Part shown: positions 26,380 to 35,206 of the stretch, in pieces
How positions within the stretch are numbered: position 1 is the first letter of the stretch
How the letters are laid out: each line of letters starts with the position of its first letter
Notes under the pieces: model-generated
Database searches by the model: none
What the model was told of the DNA's origin: nothing
Seen by the model: the letters and a program-made list of their open reading frames with translations, nothing else
NCBI GenBank assembly: GCA_005801385.1
Contig: SYEM01000207.1
Location: 1 to 45,400 of the forward strand
Origin: Verrucomicrobiales bacterium
GTDB taxonomy: Bacteria; Verrucomicrobiota; Verrucomicrobiia; Limisphaerales; UBA9464
Direction: 5' to 3'
Length of the DNA stretch: 45,400 bases
Program-made: the position numbers and the translations under genes

Positions 26380-26802
26380 ATGAAACACCCCATCTCCCGT
26401 CTGCTGACTCCCCTCGTTGTCGCGATCGCACTGCTGACGGGCTGCGCCTCGGGCGGTTCCAAGATCGCCCATCTCGAGAGCCTCCTGGCCGCCTCCGGAT
26501 TCCGCGTGGTGCCCGCCACCACCGACGACGAGCTCCAACAGGTCCAGACCCTTCCCAAGAACACCATCACCAAGGTCAACCGGCGCGGGAAGGAGTACTA
26601 CATCTTCCCGGACTCGACCCAGAAGCAGCTCTACATCGGCACGCCTGACCAATACCAGGACTTCCTGACCCGCCGGGAGATCGAGAAGAACGCCGCGGCC
26701 GACAACGCCGCCTACGCGGAATCCCTTCGCAACGCCCGGACTGAGAGCTCCGCGAACTGGGATAACGCGTGGGGCAACTGGACCGGCACCGGCGGCTACT
26801 GA
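26380..26802 (+). CDS. lipoprotein of unknown function (paralogue 2)
   Basis: Lipobox ALLTGC|ASGG. Core is LAASGFRVVPATTDDELQQVQTLPKNTITKVNRRGKEYYIFPDSTQKQLYIGTPDQYQDF, clearly homologous to 25912..26358, with a Trp/Gly-rich tail NWDNAWGNWTGTGGY. Confidence 0.7.
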   Translation: MKHPISRLLTPLVVAIALLTGCASGGSKIAHLESLLAASGFRVVPATTDDELQQVQTLPKNTITKVNRRGKEYYIFPDSTQKQLYIGTPDQYQDFLTRREIEKNAAADNAAYAESLRNARTESSANWDNAWGNWTGTGGY

Positions 26803-26821
26803 ACCGGCGGCAACCGGTTCA
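26800..26821. terminator. 8-bp hairpin spanning both convergent stop codons (possible bidirectional terminator)
   Basis: tgaaccgg-cggcaa-ccggttca. The left arm contains the TGA of 26380..26802 and the right arm contains the reverse-strand TGA of 26819..27523. There is no U-tract. Confidence 0.35.
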
Positions 26822-27523
26822 CTTCAGCTTCCGGACCCAGACATTGCGGTAGCGGACCGGGTTGCCGTGGTCTTGCAGGAGGAGCGGCCCCTTTGGCGTC
26901 ACACCCTTGAACTGAGCCGCTGTGGTGGCATCCCCGGACACTGGGATGTGGTCCTGCACCAGGACCCCGTTGTGGAAGACCGTGAAGGAACCGGGGACCA
27001 CCTTGCCGTCCGCTCCCGCTTGGGGCGGACGAAACACGATGTCATAGGTCTGCCATTCCCCGGGCTTGCGACTCGCATTCACCAGCGGCGCTGAGAAGCC
27101 ATAGAACGAACCCGCCTGACCGTTCGGATAGGTTGGATTCTGATAGCTGTCGAGCACCTGGATCTCATAGCGGCCCTGAAGATAGACCCCGCTGTTGCCC
27201 CGCCCCTGCCCCTCCCCCTTCACCTCGGCCGGGGATGCCCACTCGATGTGGAGCTGGATCGGACCGAATTCCTCACGGGTCATCAGGTTGCCCTTTCCGA
27301 CCTCGAAGTAGCCATCCCGGACGGTCCATGGCGGCGCCGCGCCGTCGCCGCCCTTCCACGCCGAGAGATCCTTGCCATCGAACAGGACGACGGCGTCGGA
27401 GGGTGGTGCGCCCTGCACACCCGGAGTCACCACGGGCGGAGCCGCGTCGGCCGCCAAGAGGGTTGAGGCACAGAGACCCATCCCAAAGAGGGATGCGAGG
27501 CAGAGGGAAGTGCGTGGAAACAT
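26819..27523 (-). CDS. DUF1080 (3-keto-disaccharide hydrolase-like) secreted protein, second copy
   Basis: Signal MFPRTSLCLASLFGMGLCASTLLAA. VLFDGKDLSAWKG...PWTVRDGYFEVGKGNLMT, IEWASPAEVKGEGQGRGNSGVYLQGRYEIQVLDS and LLLQDHGNPVRYRNVWVRKL are present. Confidence 0.85.
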   Translation of the reverse strand: MFPRTSLCLASLFGMGLCASTLLAADAAPPVVTPGVQGAPPSDAVVLFDGKDLSAWKGGDGAAPPWTVRDGYFEVGKGNLMTREEFGPIQLHIEWASPAEVKGEGQGRGNSGVYLQGRYEIQVLDSYQNPTYPNGQAGSFYGFSAPLVNASRKPGEWQTYDIVFRPPQAGADGKVVPGSFTVFHNGVLVQDHIPVSGDATTAAQFKGVTPKGPLLLQDHGNPVRYRNVWVRKLK

Positions 27524-27580
27524 GGTGGGAGGAGAGAATGACGTCCCGCCTCAATCTCGTCCACGCCTCTCACATGAACC

Positions 27581-28615
27581 TTACGGTCCGCATCGGATGA
27601 GCGTCTTCAGTGGAGCACCGCCCCGATCCAGTTCGTCGAACACCCGCGGCAGCTCGGAGAGGGAAGCCTCGGCCGTGATGAAGGATCCGACCGGAACCGT
27701 GGCGGCCTCGAGGAACCCAAGCGCCCTTCGAAACATCTCCGGCGTGTGGTGGAAACTCGCGCGCAGGCTCAGCGAACCATAGTGGATCCAAGCCGTGTCG
27801 AGGCGCACCGAGGTGCCGGAGGGACATCCTCCAAACCAGTTCACACGCCCGCCGGGCCGGACCGCCTGGACGGCGGCCTCCCAGGCCTGCGGCTGCCCCA
27901 CGGCCTCGAACACCGCATCGAATCCGCCGAGCGCCTTCGCATGGGAGACCACCCCTCCCAGATCCCCGTCGACGGGCACGGGGATCACCTCCTCGACCCC
28001 GAGCGACTGGGCGACCCCGAGTCGGTGGGCACCGCGGCCCGCGACCGTGATGCACGCCCCGAGCGATCGCAGGACGACAGCGGCCAGGAGACCGATCGGG
28101 CCGCTGCCGAGAACCAGGATCCTGTCCCCAGGCTCGACGCCCAGTTCCTCGACCCCGAGGAGCACACACGCCAGCGGTTCGGCCATCGCGGCGGCGTGGA
28201 AGTCGAGGCCGTCCGAGATCCGATGGAGATTCGTCTGGACGATCCGTTCCGGAACCACGATGGATTCCGCGTAGGCCCCATTGAGGAAAAGCAGATCCTC
28301 ACACAACTGCTGCTGTCCCCGCTGGCATGGTCGACATCGTCCACACGGGGCCGAGTTCGCCGCCACCACCCGATCACCGGCACGCCAGTCGGGAATCCCG
28401 GGCCCTGTCTCGACAATCACCCCGGCCAGCTCATGACCGAACCGAGAGGGCAGCGTGAGCATCCTCGCGTGGTGACCGCGGCGCCAGACCTTGAGATCCG
28501 TGCCGCAGGTGAGGGCTGCCTCGATCCGGATACGGACCTCGCCACATTCCAGGGGAACCTGGGGGACCTCCCGGATTTCCAGGGAGCGTGTGCCGAGCAG
28601 ATAGGCCGCCTTCAT
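27581..28615 (-). CDS. zinc-dependent alcohol dehydrogenase family (MDR; threonine/sorbitol dehydrogenase-like)
   Basis: Track ORF 27581..29029, trimmed to the ATG at 28615 (MKAAYLLGTRSLEIREV...). Zn ligands are in CGTDLKVW...GHELAGVIVETG, structural Zn Cys residues in CGRCRPCQRG, and the Rossmann motif is VLGSGPIGLL. Confidence 0.85.
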   Translation of the reverse strand: MKAAYLLGTRSLEIREVPQVPLECGEVRIRIEAALTCGTDLKVWRRGHHARMLTLPSRFGHELAGVIVETGPGIPDWRAGDRVVAANSAPCGRCRPCQRGQQQLCEDLLFLNGAYAESIVVPERIVQTNLHRISDGLDFHAAAMAEPLACVLLGVEELGVEPGDRILVLGSGPIGLLAAVVLRSLGACITVAGRGAHRLGVAQSLGVEEVIPVPVDGDLGGVVSHAKALGGFDAVFEAVGQPQAWEAAVQAVRPGGRVNWFGGCPSGTSVRLDTAWIHYGSLSLRASFHHTPEMFRRALGFLEAATVPVGSFITAEASLSELPRVFDELDRGGAPLKTLIRCGP

Positions 28616-28684
28616 GGAACAACCCAACCGGACAACGCGCTTGCGGGGCAAGGTGAAGTTCTCGCACCGTCGCGGTCCATGGAC

Positions 28685-29347
28685 ATGTTGCGACAGGCAC
28701 TCGAGTTCGTCCTGCACCTCCAGGACCACCTCTATGAGCTCACCCGCTCCCAGGGGCCCTGGATCTACGCCATCCTGTTCACGATCATCTTCTGCGAGAC
28801 GGGGCTTGTGGCCACACCGTTCCTTCCCGGGGACTCCCTGCTCTTCGCCGTGGGTGCCGTCGCGGCCAATCCCGCGTCGGGACTCAATGTCTGGATGGCC
28901 GGCCTCCTGATGCTGGTCGCAGCCATCCTGGGCGACACCGTCAACTACTGGGTCGGGCGCTTCGCCGGCCGCCGCCTGTCCGCCGCCTTTCCCCGGATCA
29001 TCAAGCCCGAGTACCTGGAGCGGACCCATGCCTTCTTCGAGAAATACGGTGGCAAGACCGTGATCCTCGCCCGCTTCGTTCCCATCATCCGGACCTTCGC
29101 CCCGTTCGTGGCAGGCATGGGTTCCATGAACTACTCGAGGTTCATGACCTTCAACGTCGTCGGAGCCGCCCTCTGGATCGCACTGATCCTCCCGGCGGGC
29201 TGGTACCTGGGCCAGTTCGAGTTCGTGAAGAAGCGTTTCGAGCTGATCGTGATCGGCATCATCGTGGTCAGCCTGCTCCCGATGGTCTTCGAGATCTGGA
29301 AGGCGAACCGGGAGTCCAAGGGGACGGCAGGTTCCGGGAACCGCTAG
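28685..29347 (+). CDS. DedA-family inner membrane protein
   Basis: Track ORF 27746..29347, trimmed to the ATG at 28685. FCETGLVATPFLPGDSLLFAVGAVAA and KTVILARFVPIIRTFAPFVAGMGSMNYSRF are DedA/SNARE-associated signatures. Stop is TAG. Confidence 0.85.
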   Translation: MLRQALEFVLHLQDHLYELTRSQGPWIYAILFTIIFCETGLVATPFLPGDSLLFAVGAVAANPASGLNVWMAGLLMLVAAILGDTVNYWVGRFAGRRLSAAFPRIIKPEYLERTHAFFEKYGGKTVILARFVPIIRTFAPFVAGMGSMNYSRFMTFNVVGAALWIALILPAGWYLGQFEFVKKRFELIVIGIIVVSLLPMVFEIWKANRESKGTAGSGNR

Positions 29348-29357
29348 GCGGGCCGGA

Positions 29358-30845
29358 TCAGGGCCGGTGTTCGATCCGAACCAGCTGGGTGTCCTTGTTG
29401 CCCACCCAAGCCGTCCCGGTCTCGAGCACGTGGAGGCATCCCTCCGGCCCGATCGCCAGATCGATGGGACGCATGAAGGTCATGTTCGGACAGAACTGAT
29501 CCATGTGGAGGGATCCATCCGGACGCTTGGCGATCTGGTCCTGGTCGTCCAGGCGCACAACGAGGATCCAGTTGCGGGACCACTCGTAGATGAAGAGGCA
29601 GTGGTCGAACTCCTTGGGCAGCTTCGTCGGGGACTTCAGGGCGTCGTCGAAGTGGTACACGGGACCAGCGCAGGCCGTTCGTCCTCCGGACCCCACGGCC
29701 GGGAACCGGACCGAGGCGCCATAGGGATACCAGATGAAGGCCGGCTGTGCCGGGGGCAGTGCCCGGGGGCCGGTGTTGTATCGGGACTCGTTCATCGGAT
29801 GCGCCGGATCCCAGGCGAGCCCATTCGACCGCGTCTGGAAGTCATGTCGGCGGTAGGGCCGATTGTCGCCAATCACCAGCGGCCATCCGAAATTCCCTGC
29901 GGCACGGGCCTGGTTGATCTCGTCGAAACCCGCCGGTCCACGGGACTCATTCGGACCGCCCGCATCCGGCCCCACCTCGCCCCAGTAGAGGTAGCCGGTC
30001 TTCCGATCCACCGAGATCCGCCACGGGTTCCGGTTCCCCATCACGTAGATCTCCGATCGGGTATTGGGTGTGCCAGGCGGGAACAGGTTGCCCTTCGGAA
30101 TCGTCACCGAGCCGTCGGGTTCCGGATGGATCCGGAGGATCTTGCCGCGGAGGTCGTTGGCATTGGCGGCTGACTTCAAGGCGTTCCACGGTCCCCGACC
30201 GTCCCGCTCGTCGACCGGCGTGTAGCCATCCGACTCCCCCGGATGCGTGTTGTCACCCGTCGCGGCATACAGGTTTCCGACCGCGTCAAAGGCCAGTGAA
30301 CCCGCGGAATGGCAGCACTGGTCGCGCTGGTAGGTCACCCGCAGCAACTCCTTCCGGGACGACAGGTCGAGGGTGTCCCCCCGCATTGTGAACCGGGAAA
30401 CGAAGTTGTCCCCTTCCTTGCTGCCCGACGCGTTGGTGCGGGTCTGGGGATCGGAGTGGGTCAGGTAGATCCATCCGGTTTCCTGGAACCGGGGATCGAG
30501 GGCGAGGCCGATCAGTCCGTCCTCGAGCTCCTTGAACACCTCGAGGCGACCCGCCACCACCGTCTGGCGCGTGTCGGGTTTCCAGATCTTTACCACCCCC
30601 GCGCGCTCGATCGTGAAGACCCGGCCATCCGGCGCCACGGCGATCTCCATCGGGTCCACCAGGGTGTCCTCGATCGTGCCGTCGCCATCCGTATCCCGGT
30701 CTGCATCCAGGACCACCTTGTGAAACACCCCGTCCGCCTGAGGGCCCGAGGGCTTGGGCGAGGGTTTGTCCTCGGCGACGGCCCGAGTGAGGGCCACCAG
30801 GACGAGGACTGCGAATGCCTGGATTCGGAACGGGGACGGGATCAC
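29358..30845 (-). CDS. PQQ-dependent sugar dehydrogenase (soluble glucose/sorbosone dehydrogenase-like beta-propeller)
   Basis: The upstream part of track ORF 29358..31223 is Arg/Pro-rich junk. I infer a GTG start at 30845, giving the signal peptide (M)IPSPFRIQAFAVLVLVALTRAVA. GLIGLALDPRF, HSAGSLAFDAVGNLYAATGDN, GKILRIHPDGS-like and GNRNPWRISVD match the GSDH pattern. Confidence 0.75.
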   Translation of the reverse strand: MIPSPFRIQAFAVLVLVALTRAVAEDKPSPKPSGPQADGVFHKVVLDADRDTDGDGTIEDTLVDPMEIAVAPDGRVFTIERAGVVKIWKPDTRQTVVAGRLEVFKELEDGLIGLALDPRFQETGWIYLTHSDPQTRTNASGSKEGDNFVSRFTMRGDTLDLSSRKELLRVTYQRDQCCHSAGSLAFDAVGNLYAATGDNTHPGESDGYTPVDERDGRGPWNALKSAANANDLRGKILRIHPEPDGSVTIPKGNLFPPGTPNTRSEIYVMGNRNPWRISVDRKTGYLYWGEVGPDAGGPNESRGPAGFDEINQARAAGNFGWPLVIGDNRPYRRHDFQTRSNGLAWDPAHPMNESRYNTGPRALPPAQPAFIWYPYGASVRFPAVGSGGRTACAGPVYHFDDALKSPTKLPKEFDHCLFIYEWSRNWILVVRLDDQDQIAKRPDGSLHMDQFCPNMTFMRPIDLAIGPEGCLHVLETGTAWVGNKDTQLVRIEHRP

Positions 30846-30918
30846 CCGGAGATCGAACCCGCTCTCCCCTCGACTGGGCAATCCGCATCTTGGGATCGCG
30901 GGATCCGGACCGTGATGC

Positions 30919-32175
30919 TCACGGGAACAGCCCGCGCAGCTTCTTGGCCTCCCACACCCGCTGCACACCCAGCGTGGTGGCCGCCAGTCGCATGGGAATC
31001 CCATCCCGCCTGGCCAGACCCAGCGTCTGCACAAATGCCCCCTCGAGGATCCTGAAGAGTCGATCCATGACCTCGCCCTCGGACCAGAAGAACGACTGGA
31101 GGTCCTGGACCCACTCGAAGTAGCTGACCACCACACCGCCGGCATTGCAGAGGATGTCGGGCACCACAAAGACGTCGCCCCGCTCGGTGAGGATCCGGTC
31201 GGCCTCCGGTGTCGTGGGACCATTCGCGCCCTCCGCCAGGACCCGGCACCGCAGCCGGGCCGCGTTCAACTCGGTGATCTGACGCTCCATCGCTGCGGGG
31301 ACAAGGACGTCACAGGACAGGAGCAGGAGGTCCTCGGGCGGCAGGGGTTCCGATTCCGGGAATCCGACCACGGTCCCTTTCTCGGCAACCCATCGATCCA
31401 ACCGTGGAAGATCCAATCCCTTGGCGTTGTGGATGGACCCCGTGGCATCTCCGACTGCGATCACCCTCAGCCCCTGTTTCACCAACGACTGGGCCGCCAC
31501 ACTGCCGACGTTCCCGTAGCCTTGGACCACCGCGGTCGCTCCTTCGGCGGCCAGGCCGAGGGTGTCCATGGCACGACCCGCCAGGTAGGCCACACCGCGA
31601 CCGGTCGCCTCACGTCGGCCCAGCGATCCCCCGATGCCGACCGGCTTTCCGGTCACCACGCCCGGCACCGGATGTCCCGCGTGCACGGAGTAGGTGTCCA
31701 TCATCCAGGCCATGGTCTGCTCATTGGTCCCGAGATCAGGTGCCGGGACGTCGAGCTGCGGCCCGATGAATCCGATCAGCTCCTGGGTGTACCGCCGGGT
31801 CATGCGCTCCAGCTCCCCAACGGTGAGGGCGCGGGGATCCACGGCGATGCCGCCCTTGGCCCCGCCGTAGGGCAGACCCGTGAGGGCGCATTTCCAGCTC
31901 ATCCACATCGCCAGCGCCGCCACCTCGCCCAGATCCACACGGGGATGGTACCGGATGCCGCCCTTGGTGGGACCCAGGCTGAGGTGATGCTGGACGCGAT
32001 AGCCCGCAAAGACGCGGGTGGATCCATCGTCCATCCGTACCGGCACCGAGACGCTGAGGGCGCGCTTGGGGGACTTGAGTCGCAGGCGATCCCCTTCGGG
32101 CATGCGGAGCCGATCGGCGACGGCATCAAACTGGCGGCAGGCCATGTCGAAAACCGGATTTTTGTAGAGGTCCAT
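30919..32175 (-). CDS. glutamate dehydrogenase (Glu/Leu/Phe/Val dehydrogenase family)
   Basis: Track ORF 30919..32886, trimmed to the ATG at 32175 (MDLYKNPVFDMACRQF...). The catalytic-Lys region is GPTKGGIRYHP...LPYGGAKGGIAVDP, and the dinucleotide fold is VQGYGNVGS. Confidence 0.9.
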   Translation of the reverse strand: MDLYKNPVFDMACRQFDAVADRLRMPEGDRLRLKSPKRALSVSVPVRMDDGSTRVFAGYRVQHHLSLGPTKGGIRYHPRVDLGEVAALAMWMSWKCALTGLPYGGAKGGIAVDPRALTVGELERMTRRYTQELIGFIGPQLDVPAPDLGTNEQTMAWMMDTYSVHAGHPVPGVVTGKPVGIGGSLGRREATGRGVAYLAGRAMDTLGLAAEGATAVVQGYGNVGSVAAQSLVKQGLRVIAVGDATGSIHNAKGLDLPRLDRWVAEKGTVVGFPESEPLPPEDLLLLSCDVLVPAAMERQITELNAARLRCRVLAEGANGPTTPEADRILTERGDVFVVPDILCNAGGVVVSYFEWVQDLQSFFWSEGEVMDRLFRILEGAFVQTLGLARRDGIPMRLAATTLGVQRVWEAKKLRGLFP

Positions 32176-32244
32176 GGGATGCGACGAGTCTTCCGGTCGA
32201 ACCGCTGGATCGCAATCCCCCTTCGTCCGTGGTCTGCTTCCACC

Positions 32245-33405
32245 ATGGCGCCTGTCCACCGCACCGACCTCGAATCCCGGGAACGCCGGTTCCTGAGCCC
32301 GCTGGCCCAGTTCAGCGGCAACTCCCGGGGTCGTGCCCACCGCGAGGCTCCCCCCGAATGGCGTACCGAGTTCCAGCGCGACCGGGACCGCGTCATCCAC
32401 TCCCGGGCCTTCCGCCGGCTCGAGTACAAGACCCAGGTCTTCCTGAACGGCACCGGCGATCACCTCCGCACCCGCCTCACCCACCCCATTGAGGTGGCGG
32501 CCATCTCGCGGAATATCGCCCGGGCCCTTGGTCTCAACGAGGACCTCACCGAGACCATCGCGCTGGCCCACGACCTCGGGCACTCCCCGTTCGGACACAC
32601 CGGCGAGCATCGGCTGGACCGGCTGATGCGCGGCCACGGTGGGTTCGAGCACAACCGCCAAAGCCTTCGGGTGGTCGATGTCCTCGAGCGGAAATACCCC
32701 AGATTCCCCGGCCTGAATCTCACCTGGGAGGTGCGCGAGGGCCTCGCTAAGCACGATGACACCTTCGCGCTGCCACCCAAGGGCCCGCAATTCCCCTACC
32801 ACCAACCCTCGCTCGAGGCCCAGGTCGCGAACCTCGCCGACGAGATCGCCTACTACAGCCACGATCTCGATGACGGACTGGAACACCGGCTGCTCGACGA
32901 GAAACGCCTCGTGAAGGAGGTCGAGGTCTGGACCGAGGCTGCGGCCGCGGTCCGGAAGCAGTTCGGATCCCCGCCCGCCGAGAGCCGCCGCTACTACACG
33001 ATCCGACAGATCATCGACCAGCAGGTCATCGATGTCGTCGAGTCCACGCTCGAGAGGATCGGGGACGCCGGGGTCCGCTCGGCAGACGAGGTCCGCGCCT
33101 TTAAGAGACCCTTAGTCGGCTACAGCACGGGTCGACGGAAGGCCAACCTCGCCCTTCGGAAATACCTCTACCGGAACCTCTACTACAACCCGGTCGTCGC
33201 CGGCCCCAACAACCGCGCAGTCCGCATGCTCAGCCAGGTCTTCACGGCGTTCCTCGAGAACCCGAAGCTGATGGGCGGCACCGCGGCCCGGGACGTCGCC
33301 AAGGTCGGCCTCCACCGGGCGGTGTGCGACTATGTCGCCGGGATGACGGATCGCTACGTCATCCAGGAACACGACCGCCTGTTCGGCCTGCCGGTGTCAC
33401 CGTGA
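32245..33405 (+). CDS. dGTP triphosphohydrolase-like HD-domain protein
   Basis: Track ORF 31429..33405, trimmed to the ATG at 32245. FQRDRDRVIHSRAFRRLEYKTQVF, THPIEVAAISRNIA, the HD motif LAHDLGHSPFGHTGE, and DYVAGMTDRY at the C-terminus are present. Confidence 0.85.
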   Translation: MAPVHRTDLESRERRFLSPLAQFSGNSRGRAHREAPPEWRTEFQRDRDRVIHSRAFRRLEYKTQVFLNGTGDHLRTRLTHPIEVAAISRNIARALGLNEDLTETIALAHDLGHSPFGHTGEHRLDRLMRGHGGFEHNRQSLRVVDVLERKYPRFPGLNLTWEVREGLAKHDDTFALPPKGPQFPYHQPSLEAQVANLADEIAYYSHDLDDGLEHRLLDEKRLVKEVEVWTEAAAAVRKQFGSPPAESRRYYTIRQIIDQQVIDVVESTLERIGDAGVRSADEVRAFKRPLVGYSTGRRKANLALRKYLYRNLYYNPVVAGPNNRAVRMLSQVFTAFLENPKLMGGTAARDVAKVGLHRAVCDYVAGMTDRYVIQEHDRLFGLPVSP

Positions 33406-35103
33406 CCCGCCGGCCTTCCGCTTCCGCGCGGAAGGCTTCGGCCCAGGGGTCTTGGTCCGGTAGAGGTTGTCGATGAGGGATCGCTCCAACGGCTGGCTCT
33501 CCTCCGCCGGGATGAGCACCTCGAGGTAGCAGGCACCCTTGTGGGAGCGGGCACGGTCGAGTGCCACCTCGAGATCGGCCACCGTCGCCACCCGGGCACA
33601 GAACCAGCCACGACACCGCATCGCCTCCGGAACCTTGTGGTAGTCCCAGCCCGCGAGGTCGTCGTAGACATGTCCCCGCTCGCTGATGACCTCCTCGACG
33701 CCATACAGTCCATTGTTGAGGACTAGGATCACGGGATCGATCCCACACCGCCCCATCACCCCCAGCTCGGTCGCTGTGAATTGGTGGGCTCCATCCCCGG
33801 TCACCATCACCACTCGGCGTCCAGGCTCAGCCAAGGCCACCCCCATCGCGGCAGGCGTCGCCCAGCCGATGGACCCCCAAAGCGTCTGCGATTCGTAGCC
33901 CACCCCCACAGGAAGGCGCAGACGCGACAGGTGCAACATGCAGGTCCCCGTCTCCGCCACCAGGATGTCGCCTCCCTTGAGGAATCGCTCGAGTCTCGGA
34001 TACAGGGTGGGCGACGAGACCGGATCCGCAGGACCACCCGGAAGCGGCACCCTCTTCGATGCCGCCAAAGCGGTTCCACGACGGGCTGGAATTTTCCGGG
34101 CCAGCGCACGGACCACATCCACCAACGCGATGGAGGTGAACAGTTCGCCACCGACATCGGCGTGCTCGGGTCCGACCGTGATGACCCGGGATGGATCCAG
34201 CGCCCCCGTCCACAGGCCCATGTTCAGGTCCTCCGGGATCACACCCCCGAGGTCGAGCACCACATCCGCACCCTCCACCACCGATGCGACCGTTTCCGGA
34301 GCCGACCGGTGGCCGTTGTACAAGCCCAGGTAGCCCGGGAGCGATTCGTCGAGCAGCCCCTTGTCCATCGGGGTCAGGGCAAACGGAAGTCGGGACCGGC
34401 GCAGCAGATCCCGGAGATCCCCGAGGGCCCCATACCGTGCAATGTGGAAGGAGGGCAGGACCACGATCTTCCGGGCAGCCTTGAGGCGCGTGAGGATCGC
34501 CTCAAGCGCACCCTGGAGCTCCCGGGGATCACTGGAAGCAACAGGGCGCCCCATCGGTCGGGTCCGGGCGGAGGGCAGCCCTCGGACCGGCATGAGGGCC
34601 AGGTCCTCCGGGATCAGGATGTAGGCCGGTTGACTCAGCCGGAACGCCTCCCGGAGGACACGGTCCATCTCCTGGACGGCGTTGTCCGGGGTCAATTGCG
34701 CTGAGACACCGGCCGCGCTGGCGGAGACCGCGACGAAGGGATCCGGCGATCCATCCCCCAGCGAGTGGTGGGTGACCAGGCGTCGACGCTGGATCCGCGT
34801 GCTCGGGGCTCCCACGACATGGAACACCGGAAGCCGATGCGCCTTGGAGCCCATGACCCCGTTGAGCGCACTGAGCTCCCCGACCCCGTAGGTGGTGGAG
34901 AGGATCGCGGCACCGCGACGGCGGGCGTAGCCATCCGCCGCGTAGGCGGCGTTGAGCTCGTTGGAGCAGACGACCCACTTCAGGCGGGGCGACGACTCCA
35001 CGGCATTGTCGATGGGGAACGAGTAGTCCCCGGGAACTCCAAAGACGTGGTCGATTCCGAGCGCCGCAAGGCGCTCCATCACATAGTCGGCTACCGATGG
35101 CAT
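33397..35103 (-). CDS. thiamine-diphosphate-dependent 2-ketoacid decarboxylase (indolepyruvate/phenylpyruvate decarboxylase-like)
   Basis: Track ORF 33397..35550, trimmed to the ATG at 35103 (MPSVADYVMERLAALGIDHVFGVPGDYSFP). CSNELNAAYAADGYAR is present. The TPP motif is GDGAHQFTATELGVMGRCGIDPVILVLNNGLYG (GDG-x24-NN). Confidence 0.85.
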   Translation of the reverse strand: MPSVADYVMERLAALGIDHVFGVPGDYSFPIDNAVESSPRLKWVVCSNELNAAYAADGYARRRGAAILSTTYGVGELSALNGVMGSKAHRLPVFHVVGAPSTRIQRRRLVTHHSLGDGSPDPFVAVSASAAGVSAQLTPDNAVQEMDRVLREAFRLSQPAYILIPEDLALMPVRGLPSARTRPMGRPVASSDPRELQGALEAILTRLKAARKIVVLPSFHIARYGALGDLRDLLRRSRLPFALTPMDKGLLDESLPGYLGLYNGHRSAPETVASVVEGADVVLDLGGVIPEDLNMGLWTGALDPSRVITVGPEHADVGGELFTSIALVDVVRALARKIPARRGTALAASKRVPLPGGPADPVSSPTLYPRLERFLKGGDILVAETGTCMLHLSRLRLPVGVGYESQTLWGSIGWATPAAMGVALAEPGRRVVMVTGDGAHQFTATELGVMGRCGIDPVILVLNNGLYGVEEVISERGHVYDDLAGWDYHKVPEAMRCRGWFCARVATVADLEVALDRARSHKGACYLEVLIPAEESQPLERSLIDNLYRTKTPGPKPSARKRKAGGSR

Positions 35104-35206
35104 AGGACAGCCTTGGTATCCGACAGGACTCGCGTTGGAAAGCCGGCCGACGGGTTCTTTGCGACTTGAGCGCCCATCGCCCCCACCGCGAGGCTTGCCG
35201 GATCCA

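Noticed and set aside
30846-30918. gggttcgatctcc on the minus strand, resembling a tRNA T-arm
   Set aside because: The flanking bases do not form a T-stem or acceptor stem. It is more likely just a 5-bp hairpin downstream of the GDH gene.
32245-33405. dGTPase-like gene as an anti-phage dNTP-depletion defence gene
   Set aside because: It is a single housekeeping-type Dgt-like HD protein flanked by core metabolic genes. There is no defence-island context or mobile elements, so the claim has no support.
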